Below, in pieces: positions 1 to 10,661 of a DNA stretch of 36,084 nucleotides (position 1 is the first letter of the stretch; each line of letters begins with the position of its first letter). Position numbers and translations under genes: made by a program. This stretch comes from Winogradskyella sp. (lineage in GTDB: Bacteria; Fidelibacterota; Marinisomatia; Marinisomatales; AB-629-J13). The notes under the pieces were generated by a model that was not told the DNA's origin, did no database searches, and was given only the letters and a program-made list of their open reading frames with translations. The stretch lies in assembly GCA_964230865.1 (NCBI GenBank), contig CAXRJK010000058.1:1-36084 (forward strand), written 5' to 3'.

Positions 1-691
1 TCGTTAAAGCAAACGGCTTTACAAACATCCCAACTATTTCAATAGGGATTAGAATAAAATAAACTGGAATTGCGAGCCCGTGCGGTGCTAAATTTTTCCA
101 ATGTGATATAAAACCGTGTGCTTTTGTTCCCGCAATGATAATTGCAAGAAATGTTAGAGTAGCTAAACCCGCCGTAACGTTAAAGTTTGCTGTTGCTGTT
201 ACGCCTCCGTGTAAAAGAGCATTAATAAAATTATGGTGATCACTTGAACCAACTCCAAATGCAAATCTATTTATTGCACCTAATAAATCAAATACCGGTA
301 TTAATCCAATACCATTTGCAAATAAGATGAAGAAAAAGAATGTTAGGATCATAGGTCCCCATGTATCTGCGAATTTCGAACCAATATTTGGTCTTACGAT
401 TGAATCACGGATAAATAATACAATTGCCTCAATTGCATTCATCCATCCGGAAGGAACTGGTTTTTCCTTTTTTATATATCTGCGTACCGGGACAATTATC
501 AAAACAGAAACAAGAACCGCGACAATCCATAACATAAGGACATGTTTAGTTACTGAAACATCGACACCAAATACAGTAGGAAAATGAATTAATGGGTGAT
601 CCAACGAGCTATTGGATACGTGGTGAATAATATTATCTCCCACCTGATCTAATACGGTCCCGGATTTATGTCCGGATTCAGCTGCACTCAT
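1..691 (-). CDS. atpB: F0F1 ATP synthase subunit a (3' end runs off the window)
   Basis: Not in the ORF track. Hand translation from ATG 691 gives MSAAESGHK...DVSVTKHVLMLW...NAIEAIVLFIRDSIVRPNIG...FANGIGLIP...TATANFNVTAGLA...LIPIEIVGMFVKPFALT, with no stop before the window edge. These are typical subunit a motifs, and two AtpI/AtpZ-like genes lie upstream. Confidence 0.95.
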   Translation of the reverse strand, partial: MSAAESGHKSGTVLDQVGDNIIHHVSNSSLDHPLIHFPTVFGVDVSVTKHVLMLWIVAVLVSVLIIVPVRRYIKKEKPVPSGWMNAIEAIVLFIRDSIVRPNIGSKFADTWGPMILTFFFFILFANGIGLIPVFDLLGAINRFAFGVGSSDHHNFINALLHGGVTATANFNVTAGLATLTFLAIIIAGTKAHGFISHWKNLAPHGLAIPVYFILIPIEIVGMFVKPFALT

Positions 692-708
692 AAAGTAAAG
701 TTTGTGTT

Positions 709-1065
709 TTATCTAAATATATACTTAAAAAAGAATGCTTCACTTATGTGAAGCATTACAAAACAGCCCACAAAACTAATTACAAACGGTATATGATAAA
801 AAGAATAAAATTTAAATAATCCAATAAATGTTAAAGCATATATAGCAAACTTAGAGATAAACGTATAGATAAAGAATTGGTTCATCGATTGTGGGCTTAT
901 TTTGTATAAATAATTCGCAAAAATTACCGTCAAAATACCCAAAATTAACGGCATAAATATTCCAAGTATATATTCGATAATAAAGCGATTGTCAATTAAC
1001 CAAAGGACCCCAAAATAAATCAAACAACATAAAACCATAATTATAATGAATCTACCTAGCGACAA
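709..1065 (-). CDS. ATP synthase protein I-like membrane protein
   Basis: 118 aa with about 4 hydrophobic helices. TTG start abuts the previous stop; lies immediately upstream of atpB. Call rests largely on position. Confidence 0.65.
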   Translation of the reverse strand: MSLGRFIIIMVLCCLIYFGVLWLIDNRFIIEYILGIFMPLILGILTVIFANYLYKISPQSMNQFFIYTFISKFAIYALTFIGLFKFYSFYHIPFVISFVGCFVMLHISEAFFFKYIFR

Positions 1066-1311
1066 TTAGCTCCTCCAAATAAGCTTTGCAATTTCATAAA
1101 GTCCCGATCCGATTCCAAGCAATAGCCCTGTAATCAAAAACCAGGGTGCTGTACCCAACCATTCATCCAAAAAATAACCAGCTAACATAAAAATAATGAT
1201 GCCGCCAATCATACCATAGGATGCGGTTATAATCGGCCCTGAGTTTTTTAATATTTTCTGAAAATAATTGAAGGATTTTATAAAATGCTGTTTTCTGTTA
1301 TTTCTATTCAT
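1066..1311 (-). CDS. AtpZ/AtpI family (ATPase gene 1) protein
   Basis: Motif GYFLDEWLGTAPWFLITGLLLGIGSGLYEI, two TM helices, first gene of the atp block. Confidence 0.88.
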   Translation of the reverse strand: MNRNNRKQHFIKSFNYFQKILKNSGPIITASYGMIGGIIIFMLAGYFLDEWLGTAPWFLITGLLLGIGSGLYEIAKLIWRS

Positions 1312-1331
1312 AGAATTTCTAAATTAGAGCT

Positions 1332-1697
1332 TTACGAGCTTTCTCTGTGAATTTCCTTTTCATCCAGAATTGTGCACTGACCTTGAAATTTTGCCCCCTG
1401 TTCAATATATAAAATTTTATAAATCAAGTCTCCATCTAGAGTTGAATATTTTCCCAATTCGGCTCGGCCTTCTACTCTGACATTACCAAACACTTGTCCT
1501 CCAATGTGAATATTATTTGCATTTATATCACCGTATACTGAGCCGGTTTTCCCAATTCTAATATCTCCTGCTGTTGATATGGAGCCATAAACTCTACCAT
1601 AGATGATAAAACCTTCTTTTAACTTGATATCTCCACGGATTTCTGCATCAGGGCCAACCATAGTGTGTATATTTTTGAAAGTAAGTTTATTTTTCAA
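1332..1697 (-). CDS. Bactofilin (polymer-forming cytoskeletal protein)
   Basis: Beta-helix pattern TMVGPDAEIRGDI...GRVYGSI...IGKTGSVYGDI...IGGQVFGNV...LDGDL...IEQGAKFQGQC; overlaps the M23 gene. Confidence 0.92.
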   Translation of the reverse strand: MKNKLTFKNIHTMVGPDAEIRGDIKLKEGFIIYGRVYGSISTAGDIRIGKTGSVYGDINANNIHIGGQVFGNVRVEGRAELGKYSTLDGDLIYKILYIEQGAKFQGQCTILDEKEIHRESS

Positions 1698-2478
1698 ACC
1701 CAGAACTCAAATCTTTTTGCTTATATTGTGGGAAAAAATCTAATGGATCCAGTATTGTACCATCTCTCCAAATTTCAAAATGGAGATGGGGGCCTGATGA
1801 AATTCCTGTACTGCCAACATGAGCAATAGCTTCGCCTAAGGAAACAAATTCTCTTACTTTGGCCAAATTGCTCTTTAGATGTCCATATTGGGTGAAATAT
1901 CCATCTCCGTGGTACAAAATAATGTGATTTCCTAAATCATAACTCCAACCAGAAAAAATAACTAACCCGCGCGCTGCTGCTAATACTGGTGTCCCCTCAA
2001 CTGAGGAAATATCAATTCCATAATGATTTTTTGATTTAGATTCTGATGATACATACATTTTTTGTGTTAAATATCCATTGACCGGTATACGAGAAGGAAT
2101 AGAAGCAATATCAAATCCCATATTATTTTTATCTTGATTAAAAAAAGACGATTCAGACTCCTTCCCCACCTCTTTCCCTAACCCCAATTCTCCTGATAAT
2201 GACTTTCTGATTTGACCATCGAGAAACTTCATTCTATTTAAATCCTTCAGTAGCTCATTTACCGCAAGCCGATCTGAAAGTAGTGACTCATATTTAATTT
2301 GTAAAGAATTATATGATATCTTATCATCAAAACCTTTAAAAATAGAATAAAATGCACCCCCAAACAGAATCATTACAATTACAGTAATTATAATTATTAT
2401 GGGAACAGGTAAAGAAAATTGTCTCTGCCTTTCTCCTGAATCAGGTATAAAGAGAAGAGTAATTCGTCGAGATTTCAA
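1687..2478 (-). CDS. M23 family metallopeptidase with N-terminal membrane anchor
   Basis: HYGID and GISSGPHLHFEI zinc motifs, TQYGHL, N-terminal TM helix followed by a coiled region; TTG start. Confidence 0.92.
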   Translation of the reverse strand: MKSRRITLLFIPDSGERQRQFSLPVPIIIIITVIVMILFGGAFYSIFKGFDDKISYNSLQIKYESLLSDRLAVNELLKDLNRMKFLDGQIRKSLSGELGLGKEVGKESESSFFNQDKNNMGFDIASIPSRIPVNGYLTQKMYVSSESKSKNHYGIDISSVEGTPVLAAARGLVIFSGWSYDLGNHIILYHGDGYFTQYGHLKSNLAKVREFVSLGEAIAHVGSTGISSGPHLHFEIWRDGTILDPLDFFPQYKQKDLSSGFEK

Positions 2479-2491
2479 GAGCTCAGGTAAT

Positions 2492-3352
2492 TTAATCCAT
2501 TGATCGAAGAATTTCCATAATTCGCTCTAAATCTTCATTTGAAAAATAATGAACTGTAAATGTACCACCTTCCTTAGAGTGTTTCAATTTGACTTTTGTA
2601 CCTAATATCTCTATTATTTCATTTTCTAAAGCTCGCAATACCGGAGATAGTTTACTTCTGATTTCTTTTTTTTGCACAGAGCTATCAGCTTTTTGCCTTA
2701 CTAGTTTTTCCACAGCCCGCACACTCAGGTTTTCAGCTTTTATCTTTTCCCATAGTTTCAACTGATTTTTTTCAGTTTTTTCCATTAGTATTGCTCTGCC
2801 ATGCCCTGCGGATATATCATGGGCACGAATACTATCCCGAATTTCTTTAGGTAGAGCAAGAATTCTAAGAGAATTTGAAATGGTTACACGTTTTTTACCG
2901 ACGGTTTTAGCAATTTCTGTTTGCGTGAGGTTGAACTGACTTCTAAGTACAGCATAGGCTTCAGCTTCCTCAATTGAGTTTAAATTTTCACGCTGGATAT
3001 TTTCAATCAATGCCATTTCAAGTAATTCTGCATCATCTTTTACATTAATCTGGTAGGCGGGAATCATTTTTAATCCTGCAATTTTTGCAGACTTCAATCT
3101 TCTTTCTCCAGCTACCAAAATGAAAAAATCTCCTTCAGCTTTTACTGTTATCGGGGTTAAAATTCCTTTCTCTTTTATTGATAAAGCCATTTCTTCCAAT
3201 GTTTTTTTATCAAATAATTTCCTCGGTTGGTGTGGATTTACTTTTATTTTTTTTAAAGATATTAATGTTGCTCCCTGTGAAATAGAATTTGTTCTCTTTT
3301 CTGTTGGTCTTATCAGAGCTCCTAACCCCTTCCCTAATCTTTTATCAGACAC
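2492..3352 (-). CDS. parB: Chromosome partitioning protein ParB/Spo0J
   Basis: LGKGLGALI N-terminal peptide, NPHQPRK, LVAGERRL, ALIENIQRENL, HTH region ending SAGHGRAIL. Confidence 0.97.
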   Translation of the reverse strand: MSDKRLGKGLGALIRPTEKRTNSISQGATLISLKKIKVNPHQPRKLFDKKTLEEMALSIKEKGILTPITVKAEGDFFILVAGERRLKSAKIAGLKMIPAYQINVKDDAELLEMALIENIQRENLNSIEEAEAYAVLRSQFNLTQTEIAKTVGKKRVTISNSLRILALPKEIRDSIRAHDISAGHGRAILMEKTEKNQLKLWEKIKAENLSVRAVEKLVRQKADSSVQKKEIRSKLSPVLRALENEIIEILGTKVKLKHSKEGGTFTVHYFSNEDLERIMEILRSMD

Positions 3353-4106
3353 GTTCTAACAACTCCTCCACTAAACTTAAATAATTTTGTGCACCTGTAG
3401 AATTTGCATCATACAACAGCGCAGGTTTCCCAAAGCTAGGAGCTTCACCTAGGCGTACATTTCGGTGTATAACTGTCTCAAATAGTTTTTCTTCAAAATA
3501 TTCCCTGACCTCATCAGCAACTTCTTTAGAAAGGTTTAATCTTGAATCATACATTGTAAGAAGGACTCCGGCAATTCCTAGTTTAGAATTGATATGTTTT
3601 TGAACCAATCTGATTGTATTCAGCAGTTGCCCTAGCCCTTCCAACGCATAATATTCGCATTGAATCGGAATCAGAACTGCATCTGATGCTGCTAATGCGT
3701 TGATAGTCAATAATCCCAAGGAAGGAGGGCAATCAATAACGATATACTCATATTTCCGTTTTAAGGTCTCTAGAAGAGTTTTTAATTGGTATTCTCTTGC
3801 CATAATATTCACCAATTCGATTTCGGCTCCCACTAAATCATTTTCAGATGTAATTACATCAAGATAGGCAAATTGAGTGGGATTAATTACATCATTTATA
3901 TTGGTATCTCTGATAAGGGCATCATAAATCGATTGACCATTTTTTTCTATCAAGTTTGATATTCCTGTTGTTGCATTAGCTTGCGGGTCAAAATCAATAA
4001 GTAAAGTTTCTATTTCTGCTGCGGCCATACTAACAGAGATATTAACAGATGAAGTGGTCTTACCAACTCCACCTTTTTGATTAACGAGAGATAGGATTTT
4101 TGTCAT
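3345..4106 (-). CDS. parA: Chromosome partitioning ATPase ParA/Soj
   Basis: Deviant Walker A NQKGGVGKTT, DFDPQANAT, IDCPPSLG, QCEYYALEG, RNVRLGEAPSFGKP. Start set at ATG 4106 (MTKILSLV) rather than 4148 to match the family N-terminus. Confidence 0.96.
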   Translation of the reverse strand: MTKILSLVNQKGGVGKTTSSVNISVSMAAAEIETLLIDFDPQANATTGISNLIEKNGQSIYDALIRDTNINDVINPTQFAYLDVITSENDLVGAEIELVNIMAREYQLKTLLETLKRKYEYIVIDCPPSLGLLTINALAASDAVLIPIQCEYYALEGLGQLLNTIRLVQKHINSKLGIAGVLLTMYDSRLNLSKEVADEVREYFEEKLFETVIHRNVRLGEAPSFGKPALLYDANSTGAQNYLSLVEELLERV

Positions 4107-4229
4107 AAAAGCTATTATATCTTGAGTAAATTTAACGGAATAATCCATACCCTAACAAGAATAGGACAGTTTTATCGAGAATGTGATTTATTGAACCGTC
4201 CCACAACTTAGATGTAACTTTAGTTTGTA

Positions 4230-5252
4230 ATGAAAGCAATTTGTAAAACACATCCCCAAGCCGGTCTCTCCTTAGAAAATATTAATCAACCTGAACCATC
4301 GACAAATGAGGTGTTAATCAAAATTCTAAAAACAGCTATTTGTGGAACTGATTTACATATTTACAAATGGGATGAATGGGCACAGAATAATATAAAACCA
4401 CCAATCACTATAGGGCATGAATTTGTAGGAGAAGTTGCAGGAGTAGGTAATGGTGTAACCCATTATCAAATTGGAGATATTGTATCAGGGGAAGGACATA
4501 TTACCTGTGGTTATTGCCGAAACTGCAGAGCGGGTCAAAAGCATTTATGTCACAAGACCGTGGGCATAGGGATTCACCGTGATGGTGCCTTTGCAGAATA
4601 TATGACCCTCCCAGAAGGAAATGTCTGGCCAGTACATAATGATATTGAAACAGATATTGCATCCTTTTTTGACCCCTTGGGTAACGCCGTCCACTGCGCA
4701 TTGAGCTTTGAAATGGTTGCTGAAGATGTTCTCATTACTGGTGCAGGACCGATCGGGTGTATAGCTGCAGCTGTCTGTAAAAAAATAGGTGCTAGAAATG
4801 TGGTGGTTACAGATATTAATGATTTTCGCCTAAAACTAGCAAAAACTATGGGAGCAGACGCAGCTATAAATATTCAAAAAGAAAAAATTATAGACTACTA
4901 TCAAGATTTAAGAATTGATTCCGGATTTGATATCGGATTAGAAATGTCAGGAAATCCTGAGGCATTGAATGAGATGGTCCATCATTTATACCATGGCGGA
5001 AAAATAGCGCTTCTCGGAATTTTACCCAATGACACAACTATCGCATGGGATAAAATAATTTTCAAGGGCCTCCATCTTAAAGGAATATATGGTAGAGAAA
5101 TGTATGAAACGTGGTATAAAATGACCCAGCTAATACGTGGCGGATTAAATGTTTCGCCAATTATCACCCATAGATTTTCTGCAGATAAGTTTGAAAATGC
5201 ATTTGAAGCTATAGAATCTGGAAACTGTGGAAAGGTAATAATGGAATGGTAA
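4230..5252 (+). CDS. tdh: L-threonine 3-dehydrogenase
   Basis: [38 protein letters not shown] zinc site, [22 protein letters not shown]; paired with kbl. Confidence 0.97.
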   Translation: MKAICKTHPQAGLSLENINQPEPSTNEVLIKILKTAICGTDLHIYKWDEWAQNNIKPPITIGHEFVGEVAGVGNGVTHYQIGDIVSGEGHITCGYCRNCRAGQKHLCHKTVGIGIHRDGAFAEYMTLPEGNVWPVHNDIETDIASFFDPLGNAVHCALSFEMVAEDVLITGAGPIGCIAAAVCKKIGARNVVVTDINDFRLKLAKTMGADAAINIQKEKIIDYYQDLRIDSGFDIGLEMSGNPEALNEMVHHLYHGGKIALLGILPNDTTIAWDKIIFKGLHLKGIYGREMYETWYKMTQLIRGGLNVSPIITHRFSADKFENAFEAIESGNCGKVIMEW

Positions 5253-5256
5253 GCTG

Positions 5257-6441
5257 ATGGAACATCCAAAAACTCATTATTTAAAAATTCTCCAATCCAT
5301 TCAGAAAGAAGGACTGTATAAAACTGAGAGAACTATTGTTACACCTCAAGGAGTTTCTATAAAAACTAAAGAAGGTGGAGAAGTCCTAAATTTTTGTGCA
5401 AATAATTATTTAGGTCTATCTAATCACCCTCAAATAAAAGAGGCTGCCAAAGAGGCCTTAGAAAAGCATGGATTTGGACTTTCTTCCGTTCGCTTTATTT
5501 GCGGAACACAAGACCTACATTTAGAGTTAGAAAATAGCATTTCACGTTATTTTAAAACTGAGGATACCATTCTATATACATCCTGTTTTGATGCTAATGG
5601 AGGATTATTTGAGACTCTGTTTGAGCCTGAAGATGCTATTATTAGCGATACACTGAATCACGCTTCAATAATAGACGGGATACGGTTATGTAAGGCCCAG
5701 CGATATCGTTTTGCAAATAGTGATATGAATGAATTGGAAACTATTTTGCAAAAAACTCAGAATGCAAGATTCAGGGTAATTGCAACCGATGGAGTTTTTT
5801 CAATGGATGGATTCATTGCCAGGTTAGATAAAATAACACATCTCGCAGAAAAATATAATGCTCTTGTTATGGTAGATGATTCACATGCAACAGGGTTTGT
5901 AGGAAAAACGGGTAGAGGTTCCGGGGAATTTCATGGAATCTTGAATAAAATTGATATTATAACATCGACACTCGGCAAAGCTCTTGGCGGTGCTTCCGGT
6001 GGGTTTACCACAGGGAGAAAAGAAATAATTGATCTATTGCGTCAAAGATCTAGGCCATATTTGTTTTCCAATACGTTAGCTCCGGCAATTGCAGCCGCAG
6101 GAATCAAAGCCTTTGAACTACTATCATCTACAACAGAGCTTCGGGATAAACTGGAGAAAAATACTCTCTATTTTCGTAAAAAAATAATGGAAGCAGGATT
6201 TGATATAAAGCCTGGGATACATCCTATTGTCCCAGTTATGCTTTATGATGCCAAACTAGCTCAGGCACTGGCAGCAGAAATATTAAAATATGGTATTTAT
6301 GTTATTGGATTTTTCTATCCAGTTGTCCCAAAAAATGAAGCGCGAATAAGAGTACAAATATCTGCAGAAATGAATAAATATCATCTAGATAAAGCTGTAG
6401 AATCATTCGTGAGTGCGGGTAAAAAAATAGAAGCTATTTAA
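5257..6441 (+). CDS. kbl: 2-amino-3-ketobutyrate CoA ligase (glycine C-acetyltransferase)
   Basis: [37 protein letters not shown]-lysine motif [23 protein letters not shown]. Confidence 0.97.
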   Translation: MEHPKTHYLKILQSIQKEGLYKTERTIVTPQGVSIKTKEGGEVLNFCANNYLGLSNHPQIKEAAKEALEKHGFGLSSVRFICGTQDLHLELENSISRYFKTEDTILYTSCFDANGGLFETLFEPEDAIISDTLNHASIIDGIRLCKAQRYRFANSDMNELETILQKTQNARFRVIATDGVFSMDGFIARLDKITHLAEKYNALVMVDDSHATGFVGKTGRGSGEFHGILNKIDIITSTLGKALGGASGGFTTGRKEIIDLLRQRSRPYLFSNTLAPAIAAAGIKAFELLSSTTELRDKLEKNTLYFRKKIMEAGFDIKPGIHPIVPVMLYDAKLAQALAAEILKYGIYVIGFFYPVVPKNEARIRVQISAEMNKYHLDKAVESFVSAGKKIEAI

Positions 6442-6501
6442 AGTAATTACAATAATAAATGTCCTCAATATATATTTTTTATATAGTAACGTGAATAAAG
6501 T

Positions 6502-6534
6502 TTTGCCTTTTAAAAATCAATTAGTTTAAATTTG
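6502..6534 (+). promoter_or_regulatory. Putative promoter of secDF
   Basis: TTTG(6502-6505)-N21-TAAATTTG(6527-6534) fits the Bacteroidota-type -33/-7 consensus. It can also be read as TTGCCT-N18-TAAATT. AT-rich context raises the chance of a spurious match. Confidence 0.45.
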
Positions 6535-6577
6535 CGGGCTTTTTCTTAATATAAAAATATATTATTTCTAACAAAAA

Positions 6578-8482
6578 ATGAGTAACTCACAAACACCCAG
6601 ATACATCATTATTGGTTTAGTGTTTATTTGGGCACTTTATTCTATTTGGCCTTCAATAAAGTTTCAGACCCTTTCTGAGAAAGAAAAAGAAACCATGAGG
6701 GAAGAAGGGACAATGGAACTTATTGAGGATAAGGTGATTCGTCAAGGATTAGATCTAAAGGGAGGAATGTATATTGTCCTAGAAGTGGATCTCCCTGCAT
6801 TGGTATCTAACTTAGCAGTGAATACTGATAAATCATTCGAAAAAACCATTGAGGATTTATCTGTATTTGCAAACACACCAGATGCTAACTTTTTTGATCT
6901 ATTCAGAAATGCTGTTACAAAACATAATTTAAGATTGTCTCGATATTACCATGAATACGGTTCAAATATTGATGACATCATTACACGATTAAGAGAAGAA
7001 TCAGATGACGCTATCAACAGGGTACTTGAAATCTTAAGAAACAGAGTGGATCAATTTGGTGTTTCTGAGCCTACCATACAAAAACAAGGAAGCAATAGAA
7101 TAATAGTTGAGTTAGCAGGGATACAAGATTCGCAGAGAGCCAGATCATTACTTCAAAGTACAGCTTTACTTGAATTTTATTTATTAAAAAATGGGGAGCT
7201 GACCAATTCACTTAACTTGAAAATTGATAAGTTGATGAAGGGAAGAGACGAGATAAAAGATTTAGTTAGTGAAGAAGTCAGAGATACCTCTAATATAAAT
7301 CAAGAATCAATTGTAAGTGATGATAAAACTATCCCAGTAAGTGAACTTTTTGGTGAGGAGGAATCAGAGAACGATACATCATCTGCTGTTGTAGATCAAA
7401 GATTGTTTGAAGAGCGACCATTTTCATCCTTGCTGAGAAACCTTGGAGGAGACATAGGTGTTCCTGAAAAAAATATATATGCGTTAAAGAAAATCATATC
7501 ATTACCAGATGTAAAATCATTACTAGAATCGGGAAATGGCCAACTGGTATTTGGAAATGAAACCGAAACTTTTACCAATGTAGATGGGACCGAAGAAAAA
7601 ATAGTTCCAATCTACCATCTTGAAAGTGCTCCAGAGTTGACTGGCGGAGTAATTGAAGAGGCAAGAGAACAAATTGGTAGCCAAGCTGGTACATCTGCGG
7701 GTCAGCCAGTAGTGCTATTGGATATGAATAATGATGGAGCAAAACAGTGGAGTAGGATTACCGGTGCAAATATTGGGAGGAGAGTTGCTATAGTTTTGGA
7801 TAATAAAGTTCATATGGCACCCTTTATTCGAGAAAAAATTATAGATGGCGGTACACAGATAGAGGGTTTTGAAGATATGAATGAAGCAAAAGATATTGCC
7901 ATTGTTTTAAGAGCAGGAGCTCTTCCCGTACCAGTCAATATTATTGAGGAACGAATTGTTGGACCATCTTTGGGTTCAGATTCTGTTAGACAAGGCACTC
8001 GCTCAGTAATTGTAGGATTGATTCTTGTTCTTATCTTTATGCTTATTTACTATCGCGCAGCAGGTTCGATTGCTGATCTTGCTTTAATTTGGAATCTGCT
8101 TCTGGTTTTGGCAGTCTTGGCATCGCTGAAAGCTACATTAACTCTCCCTGGAATAGCCGCACTAATTTTGACTGTTGGCATGTCTATTGATGCAAACGTC
8201 ATTATCTTTGAAAGGATACGAGAAGAATTAAGAAAAGGAAAAACAGTAAAATCTGCCATTGATGCAGGTTATAGTAGAGCTCTTACTGCAATCATTGATG
8301 CAAATATAACCACTGTTATTGCTGCTCTTGTTTTATTTCAATTTGGAACTGGTCCTGTAAAAGGATTCGCAACCGTTCTTTTTTGGGGAATTTTAATTAG
8401 CATGTTCACCGCCATTTTTGTCACACGCACTATATTTAACTCCCTGACCAAGGGACGGAAATTAAAATCACTCAGTATATGA
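6578..8482 (+). CDS. secD: Protein translocase subunit SecD
   Basis: GLDLKGG, RNRVDQFGVSEPTI, LRAGALP, VGPSLG, TLTLPGIAA, IDANVIIFERIREE, GPVKGFA. Confidence 0.98.
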   Translation: MSNSQTPRYIIIGLVFIWALYSIWPSIKFQTLSEKEKETMREEGTMELIEDKVIRQGLDLKGGMYIVLEVDLPALVSNLAVNTDKSFEKTIEDLSVFANTPDANFFDLFRNAVTKHNLRLSRYYHEYGSNIDDIITRLREESDDAINRVLEILRNRVDQFGVSEPTIQKQGSNRIIVELAGIQDSQRARSLLQSTALLEFYLLKNGELTNSLNLKIDKLMKGRDEIKDLVSEEVRDTSNINQESIVSDDKTIPVSELFGEEESENDTSSAVVDQRLFEERPFSSLLRNLGGDIGVPEKNIYALKKIISLPDVKSLLESGNGQLVFGNETETFTNVDGTEEKIVPIYHLESAPELTGGVIEEAREQIGSQAGTSAGQPVVLLDMNNDGAKQWSRITGANIGRRVAIVLDNKVHMAPFIREKIIDGGTQIEGFEDMNEAKDIAIVLRAGALPVPVNIIEERIVGPSLGSDSVRQGTRSVIVGLILVLIFMLIYYRAAGSIADLALIWNLLLVLAVLASLKATLTLPGIAALILTVGMSIDANVIIFERIREELRKGKTVKSAIDAGYSRALTAIIDANITTVIAALVLFQFGTGPVKGFATVLFWGILISMFTAIFVTRTIFNSLTKGRKLKSLSI

Positions 8483-9411
8483 GAATCATAAAAGAAACTC
8501 ACATAAAATTTATGAATTATACAAGGGCAACTACAATTCTGTCGCTTTTGTTAATATCTGTAGGATTGGTTTCACTTATGGTAAATAAAGGACCAAAGTT
8601 AAGTATTGATTTTCAAGGAGGTACATTGATAGCAGTACAATTTACCAAACCAATGGAAATAACACAGATACGTGCTGCTCTCCAGACCGTTACAATGGAA
8701 GGTGAAAATTTTGATTTAAGTAAAGAGGAAATGAAACATTTTGGGGAAAACACTAACGTGGCTATTCGGCTTTCTCCTAAAGAAAATAAAGGAAACCAGT
8801 TTATACAAACTGTTATCTCGCATCTCACTAATTCCTTCCCCAATTCTATACCACAGGAATCTAAGGATTTTATTTTAACAATAGAAAAAGTTGGGCCAAA
8901 AATAGGAGCAGAACTAAGCGGAAAGGCTTTCATGGCAATTGTATCTGCGCTAATTTTGATTTTACTTTATATTTCTATCCGGTTTGAATTTAATTTTGCA
9001 CTTGGTGCTATTGCAGCGTTAACACATGATGTACTGATAACTCTTGGAATTTTCTCTGTATTGGGATATGAAATATCTCTGCCTATAATCGCAGCTTTTT
9101 TAACAATTGTAGGTTATTCTTTAAATGATACTATCATAATTTTTGATAGGATAAGGGAGAATATTAAATCAAACAAACGAGCTCCATATATTGATATGGT
9201 TGATAAATCTATCAACCAATCCCTCAGCCGCACTCTTGTTACCTCTCTTACAACATTTATAGTTGTTCTGATTCTTTGGGCATTTGGAGGTCAGGTTATC
9301 CATGGTTTTGCCTTTGCTATGATGGTAGGCGTCATTGTTGGGACCTATTCAAGTATCTATGTCGCCAGTCCATGTGTTGTCTATCTGAATAAGGGAAAAC
9401 AGAACAAATAA
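8479..9411 (+). CDS. secF: Protein translocase subunit SecF
   Basis: SIDFQGGT, VGPKIGAEL, YISIRFE, GYSLNDTIIIFDRIREN, LSRTLVTS, GTYSSIYVA; ATGA overlap with secD. Confidence 0.98.
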   Translation: MRIIKETHIKFMNYTRATTILSLLLISVGLVSLMVNKGPKLSIDFQGGTLIAVQFTKPMEITQIRAALQTVTMEGENFDLSKEEMKHFGENTNVAIRLSPKENKGNQFIQTVISHLTNSFPNSIPQESKDFILTIEKVGPKIGAELSGKAFMAIVSALILILLYISIRFEFNFALGAIAALTHDVLITLGIFSVLGYEISLPIIAAFLTIVGYSLNDTIIIFDRIRENIKSNKRAPYIDMVDKSINQSLSRTLVTSLTTFIVVLILWAFGGQVIHGFAFAMMVGVIVGTYSSIYVASPCVVYLNKGKQNK

Positions 9412-9420
9412 ATTTCCTAA

Positions 9421-9445
9421 GACATCTGGCATAGATGTCACTTTC
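9421..9445 (+). terminator. Hairpin after secF (possible weak terminator or operator)
   Basis: Perfect 7-bp inverted repeat GACATCT-GGCAT-AGATGTC at 9421-9439, followed by only a short T tract. Confidence 0.35.
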
Positions 9446-9533
9446 ACTTCGATTAATTTTTCAGAAAATAATCTCTCCTATAGTTAATGAAATGAATCGG
9501 TTGTGATACCTAAATTGAACCTTGTTTTTAGGT

Positions 9534-10061
9534 ATGAGCATAAACAAAAAAAAAGAAATATTTTATTCTGAAACAGATTCCCCTTTTGGTCTGCTTGCTT
9601 TGGCACATACATCAAAAGGGATTTGCGCTGTTTTATTTCCTGAAGAAAAACCATTCAGTGAATCTCTGTTGAAAAAATTTCCAAATTCTAATTTGCGAAA
9701 AGAAAGTTTTGATTCTTCTGGTTGTATAAGACAACTAAAAGAATATTTTCATAGTGATAGAATTAACTTTGAGTTAAATCTAGACTTGAATCTACCTTTT
9801 TTTTATAGGAAAACTCTAAATACAGTTATGACTATTCCATACGGAGAGACAGCCTCTTATAAGGAGATTGCTATTAAAACAGGGAACCCTGCAGGAGTTC
9901 GAGCAGTTGGAAACGCAAATGCACAAAACCCAATTCCTATAATTATTCCCTGCCACAGGGTAATTAAACATAATGGAAGCATTGGTGGTTACGGTGGAAG
10001 AGTAGAACGGAAAGTTTTTCTTTTGGAACATGAAAAGCAAAATCATTATTTACTAAATTAA
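9534..10061 (+). CDS. ogt: Methylated-DNA--protein-cysteine S-methyltransferase
   Basis: SPFG, IPYGETASY, RAVGNANAQNPIPIIIPCHRVI active-site motif, GGYGG, LLEHE. ATG 9534 preferred over TTG 9522. Confidence 0.93.
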   Translation: MSINKKKEIFYSETDSPFGLLALAHTSKGICAVLFPEEKPFSESLLKKFPNSNLRKESFDSSGCIRQLKEYFHSDRINFELNLDLNLPFFYRKTLNTVMTIPYGETASYKEIAIKTGNPAGVRAVGNANAQNPIPIIIPCHRVIKHNGSIGGYGGRVERKVFLLEHEKQNHYLLN

Positions 10062-10065
10062 TTTT

Positions 10066-10650
10066 ATGATCTCCCATTTTAGAAGAATCATATTAACTGG
10101 ATTATTCACTATAGCTCCGGTTGCTCTTACTTTTTATTTTCTAAAAGTGATTTTTGTATTTTTAGATAATCTTAGCTCTCCCATCTTTAAAAGACTGGAA
10201 ATCTATATACCGGGGATGGGAATTCTATTAACCTTGCTTTTGGTTTATTTTTTAGGATTATTTGTTACAAATATTTTAGGAAAAAGATTTTTAAACTGGT
10301 TAGAAACTCTATTTAAAAATATTCCCTTAGTAAATACCATTTACACTACAATAAAACAGATTACTCAGGCCTTCTCGGGGACTACTGGAAAAAATTTTCA
10401 GAGTGTAGTATACATTCAATACCCAAGAAAGAAATTGTGGACGTTAGCCTTTGTGACAGGAGACTCAGAAAGCGAAAATAACGTTGAATATTATCATTTA
10501 TTTGTACCAACGACACCTAATCCAACTTCTGGAGTTTTCATAATGCTTCCTAAATCAGATGCCATAGAAGCAAATTTAAATGTTGAGGAAGCTTTGAAAA
10601 GTGTAATCTCAGGAGGAATGTTGGCTCCTAAAACACATAAGCTGAAATAA
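10066..10650 (+). CDS. DUF502 family membrane protein
   Basis: TGL...P..LT N-terminus, IPLVNTIYTTIKQI, FVPTTPNPTSG, ALKSVISGG. Confidence 0.9.
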   Translation: MISHFRRIILTGLFTIAPVALTFYFLKVIFVFLDNLSSPIFKRLEIYIPGMGILLTLLLVYFLGLFVTNILGKRFLNWLETLFKNIPLVNTIYTTIKQITQAFSGTTGKNFQSVVYIQYPRKKLWTLAFVTGDSESENNVEYYHLFVPTTPNPTSGVFIMLPKSDAIEANLNVEEALKSVISGGMLAPKTHKLK

Positions 10651-10661
10651 GGAAATTAATC

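Noticed and set aside
327-587. 86-aa plus-strand ORF
   Set aside because: Antisense shadow of atpB.
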